From Verrucomicrobiia bacterium (GTDB lineage Bacteria; Verrucomicrobiota; Verrucomicrobiia; Limisphaerales; Fontisphaeraceae), in the NCBI GenBank assembly GCA_026414565.1, contig JAOAIT010000065.1, forward strand, positions 193 through 64,192: a stretch of 64,000 nt of DNA, read 5' to 3'. Positions within the stretch are counted from its first letter, which is position 1. Each line of letters starts with the position of its first letter. Shown here in pieces: positions 19,735 through 32,914 of this stretch. The notes under the pieces were generated by a model. It made no database searches. It saw only the letters and a list, made by a program, of their open reading frames with translations, and was not told the DNA's origin. The translations under genes were made by a program, and so were the position numbers.

Positions 19735-21654
19735 CTATTTCAATAAAAACTCGCGCAAAAACAGGATCGTCACGTAAAACTGGTAGTCGGCATTTTTCTT
19801 CTTGGCAAAACCATGGCCCTCGTCCTTGGCCAGTAAATACCACACCGTGCCGCCGGCCTGCCGGATTGCCGCCACCATCTGCTCCGATTCACTGGCCGGC
19901 ACCCGCGGATCATTCAACCCCTGCACCACCAGCAACGGTTTGCGGATCCGGGCGGCGTGATTAGCTGGGCTGATCTTCTCCAGGAAGGCGGCCATCGCCG
20001 GATCCCGCTCGTCCCCATATTCCACCCGCCGCAAGTCGCGCCGGTAATCCTGGGTGTTTTTGAGGAAGGTCAGAAAGTTGGAGATGCCCACGATGTCCAC
20101 CCCGCAGCGCAGGCGATCGCTATAATGCACCATCGAAGCCAGCACCATGTAACCGCCGTAGCTGCCCCCCATCACCGCCAGCCGCCCGCTATCCACCCGC
20201 GCGTCCTGCCGGAGCCAGTCCAGCAGGGCGCCAATGTCCCGCACGCTGTCCTCGCGCTTGTAGCCATTGTCCAGCGTCAAAAAGGTTTTGCCATAACCCG
20301 ACGAGCCGCGGACGTTTGGATACACCAGCGTCACCCCAAGCTCATCGAGGTAATAATTGTTGCGCCCTTGAAACACCGGCCGGCTTTGCGCCTCCGGCCC
20401 CCCGTGAATGATAATCAACGCCGGGCGCGGCCCGGGAAATTTCTGGGCGTCCGGGCGGTACACGAACGCGCTGAGGGGGAGGCCGTCAAAGCTCTTGAAG
20501 CGCACCAGCTCCGGCTCTCGAAACTGGCTGGCATCCAGGCCGCCCGTTTCACTTTCCGTCCAGCGAATCAACCGGCCGCTGCGCAGCTCCAGGGACCAGG
20601 CATCCGCCGGCGAGCGTGCCGAGGACAGAGTGAACCCGATTTCACGCCCGCTTTCATGCCAGTGCAACCCGCTCACCACCCCCAACGGCAGGCGGGGCGC
20701 CCGCCGCTCGCGCCCGCTGCGCGCGTCCATCAGGTGCAGCACGCTCGCGCCGTCCTCATTGCTGACATAGGCCAGCGTCCGCCCGTCGGGCGACAAATCA
20801 AACGCCGTCACATCCCACGCCAGTTGGGGCGTGAGCACCTGCACCGCCCGGCTGCGCAAATCCATCCGCACCAGCCGCATGAACTCGCTGTCCTTGTCCG
20901 TGGTGGTGTAAATGGCCGTGTCCCCCGGTGCAAACTCACCGCCATTCCAAGCTATTTTTTCCCCGGTTTTGGGTGTCAACAACTCGCAGCGCCCGCTGCT
21001 CAGCTCCAGCAGATGCAAATAGGATTCATTGATGGAAATGTATTCCTCCAGCAGCAGCTTTTGCTCGTCGTGCGACCAATCGGCAATCTGCCATCCCCCG
21101 CCCTGCACTTCCAGCGCCATCCGCGCCGTCTCCGGGCGCGCCGGATCCATGACCCAGATGTCGGTGTCCCGGCCGTTGCGCCGGGTCGAGGTGAAGGCTA
21201 GCTGCCGCCCGCTGCGGGCCCAGACCGCGCCCAGGTTGCGCGACTTCCCGTCCGTCAACAGAATCGCCCGGCCGCGGCCCGGATCAAAACGATACAACTG
21301 GTAAAACTCCCCCCCGCCGGCGTCCTGTGCATACACCAAATATTCCCCTCGCGCCGGTTGCACCGATCCCCCCGCCACCGGCTCCGGCAGAAAGGTAAGC
21401 TGCCGCCGCGCACCGCCGGGATGGCTCACCCAGTGCAACTGGGCCGCGTCGGCAAAACGGGTGGTGATCAGCATCTCCCGCCGCAACGGATGCCAGGATT
21501 GAAAACTCGCCGTGCGAAACTCCAGATACCGCCCCACGTCCGCCCGTAATTCCTGCGGCACCGGCGGCACGCCTTCCGCCACCATGTTTTCCGGCGTTTG
21601 TGCCGTGGCCGCCAGCGCCGAGGCCGCCCAGACCCACCATTTCCATGCTTTCAT
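19735..21654 (-). CDS. Secreted S9-family serine peptidase (prolyl oligopeptidase / acylaminoacyl-peptidase type, beta-propeller plus alpha/beta hydrolase)
   Basis: 639 aa with signal peptide MKAWKWWVWAASALAATAQ. The nucleophile motif is GGSYGGYM, with downstream GLNDPRVP and DEGHGF consistent with a Ser-Asp-His triad. Confidence 0.85.
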   Translation of the reverse strand: MKAWKWWVWAASALAATAQTPENMVAEGVPPVPQELRADVGRYLEFRTASFQSWHPLRREMLITTRFADAAQLHWVSHPGGARRQLTFLPEPVAGGSVQPARGEYLVYAQDAGGGEFYQLYRFDPGRGRAILLTDGKSRNLGAVWARSGRQLAFTSTRRNGRDTDIWVMDPARPETARMALEVQGGGWQIADWSHDEQKLLLEEYISINESYLHLLELSSGRCELLTPKTGEKIAWNGGEFAPGDTAIYTTTDKDSEFMRLVRMDLRSRAVQVLTPQLAWDVTAFDLSPDGRTLAYVSNEDGASVLHLMDARSGRERRAPRLPLGVVSGLHWHESGREIGFTLSSARSPADAWSLELRSGRLIRWTESETGGLDASQFREPELVRFKSFDGLPLSAFVYRPDAQKFPGPRPALIIIHGGPEAQSRPVFQGRNNYYLDELGVTLVYPNVRGSSGYGKTFLTLDNGYKREDSVRDIGALLDWLRQDARVDSGRLAVMGGSYGGYMVLASMVHYSDRLRCGVDIVGISNFLTFLKNTQDYRRDLRRVEYGDERDPAMAAFLEKISPANHAARIRKPLLVVQGLNDPRVPASESEQMVAAIRQAGGTVWYLLAKDEGHGFAKKKNADYQFYVTILFLREFLLK

Positions 21655-21771
21655 GCCGCTAATCTAGTCGAGCCAGGCGGCCCCGCCAAGCCGGGCTTTG
21701 CCGCCGCCCGCGCCGCCGGTGGAAAAATCCGCGTGAAATCCCCCTCCGCTGCCATTATCTTGGCTGCGTTC

Positions 21772-22683
21772 ATGACGGTCCTGCACCAAATCAAAAAATG
21801 GGGAGAATTTGTCAAATTCTCCCATACCGTGTTTGCGCTGCCGTTTGCGCTGGCCGCGATGGCGATCGCCGCCCGCGAGAACCGCGGCTGGCCGGGTTGG
21901 GAAAAATTCCTCTTGATCCTGGCCGCCATGGTCTGCGCCCGCACCTGCGCCATGAGCTTCAACCGCATTGTGGACCGCCGTTTTGACGCGCTCAACCCGC
22001 GCACCGCCGGCCGCCATCTGCCCACCGGCGCCATCTCCCTGACCGCCGCCTGGGCGCTCTGCGCCGGCAGCGCCCTCGGCCTGGTGGCCGCGGCCTATCT
22101 GCTGAATCCGCTCTGTTTTTATCTTTCGCCCGTCGCGCTTTTCTTCATCTGCTTCTACTCGCTGACCAAGCGCTTCACGCACTTCACCCACGTTTTTCTG
22201 GGGGTGGCTCTGGCTCTTGCGCCCGTGGGCGCCTGGCTGGCCGTCAAAGGCTCCGACGTCACCCCCCTGGAGGTTTTACAAATGAAACTCCTGGCCCTGG
22301 CCGTGGTCTTGTGGCTGGTGGGCTTTGACATCATTTACGCCCTGCAAGACTACGAGTTCGATCGCACCCACGGCCTGCACTCGCTGGTGGTGGCCTGGGG
22401 GCCCAAAAACGCCCTGGCGGCCGCCTTTCTCTCCCATCTGGCCATGGTGGCGGTGTTGGTGATCTTTGGGTTGTTATGCCGCTTCCGGCTGGCCTACCTG
22501 GTGGGCATGGGCATCATTGCCGTCTGCCTTTTCATGGAGCATCTGCTCGCCCGCAAGCGCTCGCTCAACTGGATTCAACTGGCCTTCTTCCGCCTCAACG
22601 CCCTGATCAGCGTGGTCTTCCTGGTGGTCGTCCTCGCCGAGGTGATCTTCAAGGGGGGGTTCCGTTTTTCAGGATTCAAATAA
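21772..22683 (+). CDS. UbiA-family aromatic polyprenyltransferase (MqnP/4-hydroxybenzoate prenyltransferase-like)
   Basis: The start MTVLHQIKKWGEFVKFSHTVFALPFAL (ATG 21772) is preferred. The upstream part of the track ORF overlaps the peptidase gene. Asp-rich motifs are NRIVDRRFDALNPRT and DIIYALQDYEFD, with about 8 TM segments. Confidence 0.75.
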   Translation: MTVLHQIKKWGEFVKFSHTVFALPFALAAMAIAARENRGWPGWEKFLLILAAMVCARTCAMSFNRIVDRRFDALNPRTAGRHLPTGAISLTAAWALCAGSALGLVAAAYLLNPLCFYLSPVALFFICFYSLTKRFTHFTHVFLGVALALAPVGAWLAVKGSDVTPLEVLQMKLLALAVVLWLVGFDIIYALQDYEFDRTHGLHSLVVAWGPKNALAAAFLSHLAMVAVLVIFGLLCRFRLAYLVGMGIIAVCLFMEHLLARKRSLNWIQLAFFRLNALISVVFLVVVLAEVIFKGGFRFSGFK

Positions 22684-22686
22684 TAT

Positions 22687-22760
22687 TGGCTGTCCGGCTT
22701 GGATTCGAACCAAGACAAAGAGCTCCAAAGACTCTTGTGCTACCGTTACACCACCGGACA
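22687..22760 (-). tRNA. tRNA-Gln (anticodon TTG), CCA encoded
   Basis: Reverse complement is TGTCCGG..GTGTAACGGTAGCAC..AGAGT-CTTTGGA-GCTCT..CTTGG-TTCGAAT-CCAAG-CCGGACA-G-CCA. The U1-A72 pair and G73 discriminator are typical of bacterial tRNA-Gln. Confidence 0.85.
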
Positions 22761-22877
22761 GCCCACGCCCCATAACCTAAGCCCTCAGCCCGCCGGCGCA
22801 AGCTGTTTTTTACCGCAGACACGGGTGACGCGGCTATTGGCGCTGACAGGCAGGCGCTCCGCGCAGAAGATTTCCGC

Positions 22878-26210
<3,333 letters not shown>

Positions 26211-26429
26211 GGCCGCTTGTTGTCCCGCTCCTGAGCGTCACAAAATTCCCCTCGCCCGTCAAATCCTTGGTCAAGCGCGGCCCGCCCTCAGAGGCCGCAC
26301 CGGCCAGTAACCGGACAGGAGGACTATGGGCAGCGAGTGATTTGCCGCCAGGGCGTTTTCCGGGCAATGCAGGAGGAATTGGGCGGGCTGTGTTGACTTT
26401 CTTAGTCATTTGGCTAACCTTGCACAAGT

Positions 26430-26810
26430 TTGCAGGCGCTGTCCCAAACGCTTAAAGCCCTGGCGGATCCCACCCGGCTCCGCCTCGTGCTGGCTTTGCA
26501 GCAGGGCGAGCTGTGCGTCTGCCAGTTGAACACGCTTTTCCCCTTCTCCCCCTCCACGTTGTCACGCCATCTGGCCGTGCTGGAGCGCGCCGGGCTGGTG
26601 CAGAGCCGCAAAGCGGGGCGCTGGGTGTATTATGCCCTGCTCCGCCGCGGCCAGCCGCCGGCGCTGCGTCAGTTGTTGCGCTGGGCCCTCGAACATGCGG
26701 GCCGGGATCCCCTGGCCAGGGAGGATGCCCTGCGTCTGCGCCAATGCCGGCGCTCCCGGAGCATGATTGCCTGTCCGCCGAGGGCAGGCGGAAAAACGCC
26801 GCGCACCTGA
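26430..26810 (+). CDS. arsR: ArsR/SmtB-family metalloregulator
   Basis: 126 aa with an apparent TTG start (a stop lies 12 nt upstream in frame). Contains LKALADPTRLRLVLALQQGELCVCQL (CVC metalloid site) and LSRHLAVLERAGLV (wHTH). Confidence 0.8.
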   Translation: MQALSQTLKALADPTRLRLVLALQQGELCVCQLNTLFPFSPSTLSRHLAVLERAGLVQSRKAGRWVYYALLRRGQPPALRQLLRWALEHAGRDPLAREDALRLRQCRRSRSMIACPPRAGGKTPRT

Positions 26811-26829
26811 TTTACCCATAATCGTTTTT

Positions 26830-27906
26830 ATGAGCGAAACGACAAAAATTGCCAAACGACTTAACTTCTTTGAACGTTACCTCTCCCTGTGGGTGTTGCT
26901 GTGCATGGGCGCGGGGGTGGCCCTGGGCAAGTTGGCCCCCGGCTTCATCAGTGCCTTGAGCAAACTGGAATTTGGCCAGGGATCACAGGTCAATGTGCCC
27001 ATTGCCATCCTCATCTGGCTCATGATCTATCCCATGATGCTCAAGATTGATTTTGGGTCTCTCCTGGAAGTGACCAAACGCCCCAAGGGCCTCCTGGTGA
27101 CGCTGTTTGTCAACTGGCTCATCAAACCGTTTAGCATGGCGTTTTTTGCCTGGTTGTTCATTCAAACCTTGTTTGCGCGCTGGATTGACCCGGAAACCGC
27201 CCGCAATTACACCGCCGGCTTGATCATTCTGGCCGCGGCCCCCTGCACCGCCATGGTTTTTGTCTGGTCTTATTTAACCGATGGCGATCCCGCCTACACG
27301 CTGGTACAGGTGGCCGTCAACGATCTGATCATGCTGTTTGCTTTTGCGCCCATCGTAATGTTTCTCTGCGGCGTGGCGAATGTGATCGTGCCCTCCAAAG
27401 TGCTGATCACCTCGGTGGTGGTGTTCATCGTCATCCCCCTGGCGGCAGGATTCCTGACCCGCACGCTGCTCCTCAAATCCCACGGCAAAGAGTGGTTTGA
27501 ACAGAGCTTCCTCCCGCGTTTTCATCCGGTCACCGTCGTGGCGCTGCTGGCCACGCTGGTGCTCATCTTCGCCTTTCAGGCCGAGAACCTGACCACCCGC
27601 TGGCTGGCGGTGCTCCTGCTGGCCGTGCCCATTCTGGTGCAGGTGTACTTCAACAGCTCCATGGCCTACCTGCTCATGCGCCTGTTCAAAGTCCCCCACA
27701 ACGTCGCCTCCCCCGGCGCGCTCATTGGCGCCAGCAACTTTTTTGAGCTGGCCGTGGCCGTGGCCATCACCCTCTTCGGCCCGGCTTCTCCCGCCGCCCT
27801 GGCCTGTGTTGTCGGCGTGCTGGTGGAGGTGCCGGTCATGCTCTCCGTCTGCAAGATCTGCAATGCATCGCGCGCCTGGTACCAGCGCGCCCTATCCGCC
27901 GTCTGA
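26830..27906 (+). CDS. acr3: ACR3-family arsenite efflux permease
   Basis: The start MSETTKIAKRLNFFERYLSLWV (ATG 26830) lies 20 nt after arsR. About 10 TM segments, with typical ACR3 regions IAILIWLMIYPMMLKIDF and LIILAAAPCTAMVFVW. Confidence 0.85.
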   Translation: MSETTKIAKRLNFFERYLSLWVLLCMGAGVALGKLAPGFISALSKLEFGQGSQVNVPIAILIWLMIYPMMLKIDFGSLLEVTKRPKGLLVTLFVNWLIKPFSMAFFAWLFIQTLFARWIDPETARNYTAGLIILAAAPCTAMVFVWSYLTDGDPAYTLVQVAVNDLIMLFAFAPIVMFLCGVANVIVPSKVLITSVVVFIVIPLAAGFLTRTLLLKSHGKEWFEQSFLPRFHPVTVVALLATLVLIFAFQAENLTTRWLAVLLLAVPILVQVYFNSSMAYLLMRLFKVPHNVASPGALIGASNFFELAVAVAITLFGPASPAALACVVGVLVEVPVMLSVCKICNASRAWYQRALSAV

Positions 27907-28079
27907 GCCTGGCGGCAGGAACTTCATGGCATGCGGCGGGGCCTCATGCCGCCGGCCCCGCCAGCCGGCAAAAAGGCCAGGTGACGGCGGTTTCACTTGG
28001 CCACTCAAAAAGAGCGGGCTACTCTATGGCGGTATGGGACGCCCGCCCTCTTTGAACCGGACGGGCCGTCACCGGGGCC

Positions 28080-30515
28080 TTGAGCATGGACACAGGAGCC
28101 ATTTGCCTGCTGCTGGCCATAGGCCTGCCTTTGGTGGGTTTTCTGCTGCCAGCGTGGGCCGGAAGCAAATGGGGGCCGCGCGTCGCTTGGCTGGCGCTGG
28201 CCTTCCCCCTGGTGGCTTTTGGGGCGTTGCTTACGCTGGCGTTGTCCCTGCACTGGCCCGCCCGGCTGGTCATTGAAATCCCCTGGATTCCCACACTAGG
28301 GATCAACCTCTCCTTTCTGGTGGACGGGTTGTCTCTTTTCTTCGGTTTGGTGGTCAGTGGCATGGGCTGCTTGATCTTCTTTTATGCCGGCCACTATCTG
28401 GATGAACACTTTGAGCATCACGGCCGTTTTTACAGTTACCTCGTCCTGTTCATGGCCGCCATGCTGGGCACGGTTTTTGCCAACAACCTGCTGATGATGT
28501 TTGTGTTCTGGGAGCTGACGGGGCTGGCATCGTTTCTGTTAATCGGTTTTCTGCATGGCGAGGAGAGCTCGCGCGTGGGCGCCCGCCAGGCGTTGGTGGT
28601 GACGGCCGGCACCGGCCTGGCGTTGCTGGCGGGGCTGATCATGATCTACGCCGTCACCGGCACCTACGATTTTCATGCGCTGGCCGGCGCCGGCCTGCCG
28701 TGGTCACACTACGGCGGCTGGCTGACGGTGGCGATGGGCCTTGTGCTGCTGGGCGCGTTTGGCAAGTCGGCCCAGTTCCCGCTGCACTTCTGGCTGCCCA
28801 ACGCAATGGCAGCCCCCACCCCCGTCAGTGCGTACCTGCACTCGGCCACCATGGTGAAACTGGGGGTTTTTTTATGCGCCCGCCTGTTCCCCCTCTTTGC
28901 GGAGCAAGCCCTCTGGGCGCCGTTGGTCAGCATCGTAGGCTTCACCACCATGGCCTTTTGCGCCGTGCTGGCCCTGCTGGCGCATGATTTGAAGGCCATT
29001 CTCGCCTTTTCCACCTGCAGCCAGCTTGGTTACCTCATCGGGTACTACGGCCTTGGCCCCGCCGAAGGGGTCGAATACGACTACCTCCACATCTTCAACC
29101 ATGTGCTGTACAAGGGCAGTTTGTTCATGATTGTGGGCGTCGTCGCCCATGCCGCCGGCATCCGCGACATCCGCCAGCTCGGCGGCCTCTTCCGCCGCCT
29201 GCCCCTCCTGGGTTCAGCCACCCTCGTGGCAGCGGCGGCGATGGCGGGATTGCCCGGAACCACCGGCTTTTTGAGCAAGGAAATGATGCTTAAAGAGATT
29301 TTTGAAGCGCTCGGCCCGCATGAATTTCTGAGCTGGTTTGCCACTGCCTGCGTGCTCCTCACCAGCCTCGTCAAGGTGGCCTTCTCCACCCGTCTCTTCG
29401 TGAACATCTTTCTTGGACCGGAGCCGCCTGAGATCGCCCGGCAGTTTCATGCGCCTTCGCTGTGGATGCAGCTCCCGCCGGCCATCCTCGCAGGCGCTGC
29501 CCTGTTGTTTGGCGTGGCGCCGGCGCTGCTCGATGCCTGGTTTCAACCGCTGGCGGTTGCGGGCCTGAACCGCCCCGGCCATCTGGCTCTGTGGCATGGT
29601 TTCACCCGTGAGCTGCTGGCCAGCACCCTGATCGTCATCGCTGGCTTCGGCCTTTACTGGCTGGGCGTGCGCACCCGTTGGCGCTGGCATGAAATCCCGC
29701 GAAGCTGGCAATTTGACCGCTTCTTCGAGACCGCCCTGGAAGGCCTGGCCGCCTTCGCCAAGGCTCTGACGCGTTTTGTCCGCTCCGACTCCCCCACGGC
29801 CTATCTGCCGGTGGTGCTGGGTTTTGTCATCCTGACGGTGGGCGGCACCCTGGCCTGGCATTTCGGGCTGGATGCCCGTTTGCTCGAGCAAATCGCCGCC
29901 GCCGACTGGCCCAGACTTAATGCGATGCGCAGCCTGGTGGCCGCCTTGATCGTTCTGGCGGTGGGCGGCGTGCTCGTGTTGCAACGTTGGACCACCCAGC
30001 TCATTTCCCTCAGCGTGGCCGGCTTCTTGATTTGCTTTTACTTCGTTCTGTATCGCGCGCCGGACCTGGCGTTGACGCAAATCCTGGTCGAAGTGGTCAC
30101 CCTCTTCCTCATTCTGCTCCTCCTCGGACGCTTTCCGAAATCAGCCGAGGAGGGCGAGGTTTCCTGGCAGGCACCCGGCTGGCGGCAGGCCATCAACGCC
30201 GGTCTGGCCGCAGGCGTGGGCATTCTAACCACCGCCCTCATCCTGGTCGCCACCAGTCAACCGGCGCAACAACGCCTGGGTGACTTTTTCCTGGCCCAAA
30301 CTGTGCCGCTGGCCGAGGGACGCAACGCCGTGAACACCATTCTCGTGGACTTTCGCGGTTTCGACACCCTGGGCGAGATCGCCGTGCTGCTCATTGCCAC
30401 CCTCGGTGGACTGGGGCTGTTAATGCGCTATAAGCGCACCCGCGAGGAATACCAGCAGGGACCGCTGGGCCCGCCGGGCTTTGGCACGCTGCCCCCCGAA
30501 AAGGAGGAACCATGA
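28080..30515 (+). CDS. mrpA: Mrp-type Na+(K+)/H+ antiporter subunit A (NuoL-like, with MrpB-like C-terminal extension)
   Basis: 811 aa polytopic protein. NuoL/MnhA-like regions are LSFLVDGLSLFFGLVVSG, WELTGLASFLLIGF, GKSAQFPLHFWLPNAMAAPTPVSAYLHSATMVKLG and PGTTGFLSKE. Confidence 0.85.
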   Translation: MSMDTGAICLLLAIGLPLVGFLLPAWAGSKWGPRVAWLALAFPLVAFGALLTLALSLHWPARLVIEIPWIPTLGINLSFLVDGLSLFFGLVVSGMGCLIFFYAGHYLDEHFEHHGRFYSYLVLFMAAMLGTVFANNLLMMFVFWELTGLASFLLIGFLHGEESSRVGARQALVVTAGTGLALLAGLIMIYAVTGTYDFHALAGAGLPWSHYGGWLTVAMGLVLLGAFGKSAQFPLHFWLPNAMAAPTPVSAYLHSATMVKLGVFLCARLFPLFAEQALWAPLVSIVGFTTMAFCAVLALLAHDLKAILAFSTCSQLGYLIGYYGLGPAEGVEYDYLHIFNHVLYKGSLFMIVGVVAHAAGIRDIRQLGGLFRRLPLLGSATLVAAAAMAGLPGTTGFLSKEMMLKEIFEALGPHEFLSWFATACVLLTSLVKVAFSTRLFVNIFLGPEPPEIARQFHAPSLWMQLPPAILAGAALLFGVAPALLDAWFQPLAVAGLNRPGHLALWHGFTRELLASTLIVIAGFGLYWLGVRTRWRWHEIPRSWQFDRFFETALEGLAAFAKALTRFVRSDSPTAYLPVVLGFVILTVGGTLAWHFGLDARLLEQIAAADWPRLNAMRSLVAALIVLAVGGVLVLQRWTTQLISLSVAGFLICFYFVLYRAPDLALTQILVEVVTLFLILLLLGRFPKSAEEGEVSWQAPGWRQAINAGLAAGVGILTTALILVATSQPAQQRLGDFFLAQTVPLAEGRNAVNTILVDFRGFDTLGEIAVLLIATLGGLGLLMRYKRTREEYQQGPLGPPGFGTLPPEKEEP

Positions 30516-31075
30516 AAGGGCCAGAATCATTCATTTTTAGGACCATGGTGCGGGTGGCCTTTTTCATCATCAACCTGCTCGCCCTCTACCTGCTGCTGCG
30601 CGGCCATAACTACCCCGGCGGCGGCTTCATCGGCGGACTCGCCGCCGCCATCTCGCTGGTCTTGCTCAGCCTGGCGCTGGGACTGGAAGAAATGCACCGC
30701 GTGCTGCGTTTCGATCCCGTTCGCCTCGCCGCCGCGGGCCTGTTGCTGGCCACAGCCACCGGCCTCCTTCCTGTCCTGGCCGGACGGCCTTTCCTGGAAC
30801 ATTTCCATGCGCAGTGGGAGCATGTGCCATTTCTGGGCAAACTGCATGTGGGCACCCCCCTGCTTTTCGACCTGGGCGTGTTCCTGGTGGTGGTGGGAGT
30901 GACCACAAAAATTATTTTCGTCCTGGCCAAATCCACCGCCGGCCTCCGGGCCCTGGTGCAGGACGAGGAGGCGCGCTACAGCTCACCCCGCGAAACCCCC
31001 ATCGAAGACGCCTGGACAGCCGCCGACGAGACCGCTCCCGCAGCCCCGAGAAAGGAGGACGACGATGCAAATTGA
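30512..31075 (+). CDS. mrpB: Mrp antiporter subunit B
   Basis: 187 aa with ATGA overlap with mrpA. Contains HNYPGGGFIGGLAAA, typical of MnhB, and an acidic C-terminal tail. Confidence 0.75.
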   Translation: MKGPESFIFRTMVRVAFFIINLLALYLLLRGHNYPGGGFIGGLAAAISLVLLSLALGLEEMHRVLRFDPVRLAAAGLLLATATGLLPVLAGRPFLEHFHAQWEHVPFLGKLHVGTPLLFDLGVFLVVVGVTTKIIFVLAKSTAGLRALVQDEEARYSSPRETPIEDAWTAADETAPAAPRKEDDDAN

Positions 31076-31418
31076 AACCGCCATCCTCGTGGGCGTCATG
31101 TTTGCCTGCGCCACCTATCTGGTGCTGCAACGCAGCTTCGTTAAAATCCTGTTTGGCTTCGTCATCCTTTCCAACGCCGCCAACCTGCTCGTTTTGAGCA
31201 TGTCCGGCCTGCCGGAAGGCAAGGCACCACCCATCGTGGGCAATCCCCCGGCCCCGATGGTGGATCCGCTGCCCCAGGCCTTGATTCTCACCGCCATCGT
31301 GATCGGCTTTGGGGTGGTGGCTTATCTGGTCTTGTTGCTTTACCGGCTGTTTTTGGATCAGCGCACCACCAATGCCGCTGAGTTGTACGCTGAGTCAGAA
31401 TCTCCTCCCCGCGAATGA
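31065..31418 (+). CDS. mrpC: Mrp antiporter subunit C (NuoK-like)
   Basis: 117 aa with three TM segments and DPLPQALILTAIVIGFG, typical of MnhC/NuoK. It overlaps mrpB by 11 nt. Confidence 0.8.
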   Translation: MQIETAILVGVMFACATYLVLQRSFVKILFGFVILSNAANLLVLSMSGLPEGKAPPIVGNPPAPMVDPLPQALILTAIVIGFGVVAYLVLLLYRLFLDQRTTNAAELYAESESPPRE

Positions 31419-32914
31419 ACTGGGCTGCCACACCCCTCTTGCTGCCGCTGCTCACCGCCCTGCTGCTGCTGTTCGGGCGGCCGGGAGTGGGCCGCCGATG
31501 GCTGGCCGGTATTTCAGCCGCGCTGCAACTGGGGGCCGCCCTGTATTTACTGAGCTGCGCTTTTCAAGGTCATACCTTCGTCCTGCCCGTTGGCCGCTGG
31601 GCCGCTCCCGTGGGCATTGTGTTGGTGGTGGACACGCTCTCCGCGGTCATGGTCTGCCTGACCTCGCTGATTGCCCTGGCCACTCTGCTCTATGGCTTTG
31701 CCGAAAGCCCCGTCAGCATCGAGCATCCCTTGCGCCTGCCGCTGGTGCAATTCCTGGTGCTGGGCATCAACCTCTCCTTCTGCACGGGGGACTTGTTCAA
31801 CTTGTTTGTCGGCTTTGAGGTCATGTTGATTGCGTCGTATGCCCTGCTCACCCTCGAAGCCGATGACTGGGACATCAAACAGGCCTATCCCTACGTGGCC
31901 ATCAACCTGGTGGGCAGCGCCCTCTTTCTCTGTGCCGCCGGCCTGGCTTACGGTTTGTTTGGCACGCTGAACTTCGCCGACATCGCCCTCCGCAGCGCCA
32001 GCATGGGCGGCGATCCCCGCGTGCAAACGCTGGCCATGTTGCTGCTGGTGGTCTTTGGCATCAAAGCCGGTCTCTTTCCGCTTTATTACTGGCTGCCCAA
32101 CAGTTACCCCACCCTCCCCATCCCGCTGGCAGCCTTGTACGCCGGCATGTTGACCAAAGTGGGCGTGTACGTGCTGGCCCGTGTGTTTGGGACCGTGCTG
32201 CCGCATGACCTGCATTTTGCGCATCAACTCCTCGCCGCCCTGGCGGGGCTGACCATGGTGATCGCCGTGCTGGGCGCCCTTTCACGCCAGTTCATTCGAG
32301 GCATTCTTTCCTTCCACATCCTCAGTCAGATTGGCTTCATGGTGCTGGCCCTCGGCTTTTTCACGCCCCTGGCCTTCGCCGCCGCCATCTTCTACATCAT
32401 TCATCACATCATCGTGAAAGCCTCGCTGTTTCTCATCGGCGGAGTGGCGGCGGAACTGAACGGCACCGACAACCTGGCCCGCGGCGGCCAACTCTGGCGG
32501 CATGCCCCATGGCTGGGCGTCCTGTTTCTTGCCCAGGCTCTTTCCCTGGCCGGCCTGCCTCCGCTGAGCGGTTTTTGGGGAAAATATGTCATCCTGGTGG
32601 TGGGTTTCGAGCAGGGGCGCTACGTGCTCGTTCTGGCCGCGCTGGTGGCCAGTTTGTTGACACTGATGAGCATGTTAAAGATTTGGAATGCCACCTTCTG
32701 GGGCGGTAATGACCGCACCCCGGTGCGGTTGAACAGCCCGCGCTGGCGGCGCATGACCATGGTGGTGGCCGGATTGACGGCCATCTCCCTCGCCATTGGT
32801 CTGGGCGCGGAGGCGATCATGCAAGTCGCCCTCAAGGCCGCAACCCAAACCCTGGATCAACCAGGCTACGCCGCCGCGGTGTTTAAGGCCCTGGGCAAAG
32901 GAGGCCCCCCATGA
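31415..32914 (+). CDS. mrpD: Mrp antiporter subunit D (NuoM/N-like)
   Basis: 499 aa with ATGA overlap. Contains FEVMLIASYALL, FGIKAGLFPLYYWLPNSYP and LAGLPPLSGFWGK. Confidence 0.85.
   Translation: MNWAATPLLLPLLTALLLLFGRPGVGRRWLAGISAALQLGAALYLLSCAFQGHTFVLPVGRWAAPVGIVLVVDTLSAVMVCLTSLIALATLLYGFAESPVSIEHPLRLPLVQFLVLGINLSFCTGDLFNLFVGFEVMLIASYALLTLEADDWDIKQAYPYVAINLVGSALFLCAAGLAYGLFGTLNFADIALRSASMGGDPRVQTLAMLLLVVFGIKAGLFPLYYWLPNSYPTLPIPLAALYAGMLTKVGVYVLARVFGTVLPHDLHFAHQLLAALAGLTMVIAVLGALSRQFIRGILSFHILSQIGFMVLALGFFTPLAFAAAIFYIIHHIIVKASLFLIGGVAAELNGTDNLARGGQLWRHAPWLGVLFLAQALSLAGLPPLSGFWGKYVILVVGFEQGRYVLVLAALVASLLTLMSMLKIWNATFWGGNDRTPVRLNSPRWRRMTMVVAGLTAISLAIGLGAEAIMQVALKAATQTLDQPGYAAAVFKALGKGGPP

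Noticed and set aside
19544-22760. Possibility that the two tRNA genes (Leu-CAA, Gln-TTG) flank or mark an integrated mobile element.
   Set aside because: There is no integrase, transposase, phage or plasmid gene, and I could see no direct repeat of a tRNA 3' end. The intervening and flanking genes (S9 peptidase, UbiA-like, sugar-salvage fusion) look chromosomal.
26402-26417. Short palindrome TTAG-N8-CTAA just upstream of arsR as a candidate ArsR operator.
   Set aside because: The arms are only 4 bp and it lies 13 nt from the putative TTG start. It is too weak to call, and it does not match the ArsR operator sequences I remember.
26430-27906. The arsR-acr3 pair lacks arsC; considered as an unusual or horizontally acquired resistance module.
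   Set aside because: Two-gene arsR-acr3 units are common, and arsC may be elsewhere in the genome. No flanking mobility genes or repeats are present. I judged it ordinary.
27935-27962. Hairpin GGCGGGGCC-N10-GGCCCCGCC after acr3 as a terminator.
   Set aside because: The loop is long and there is no U-tract. In DNA this GC-rich such stems arise easily, so I did not list it as a feature.
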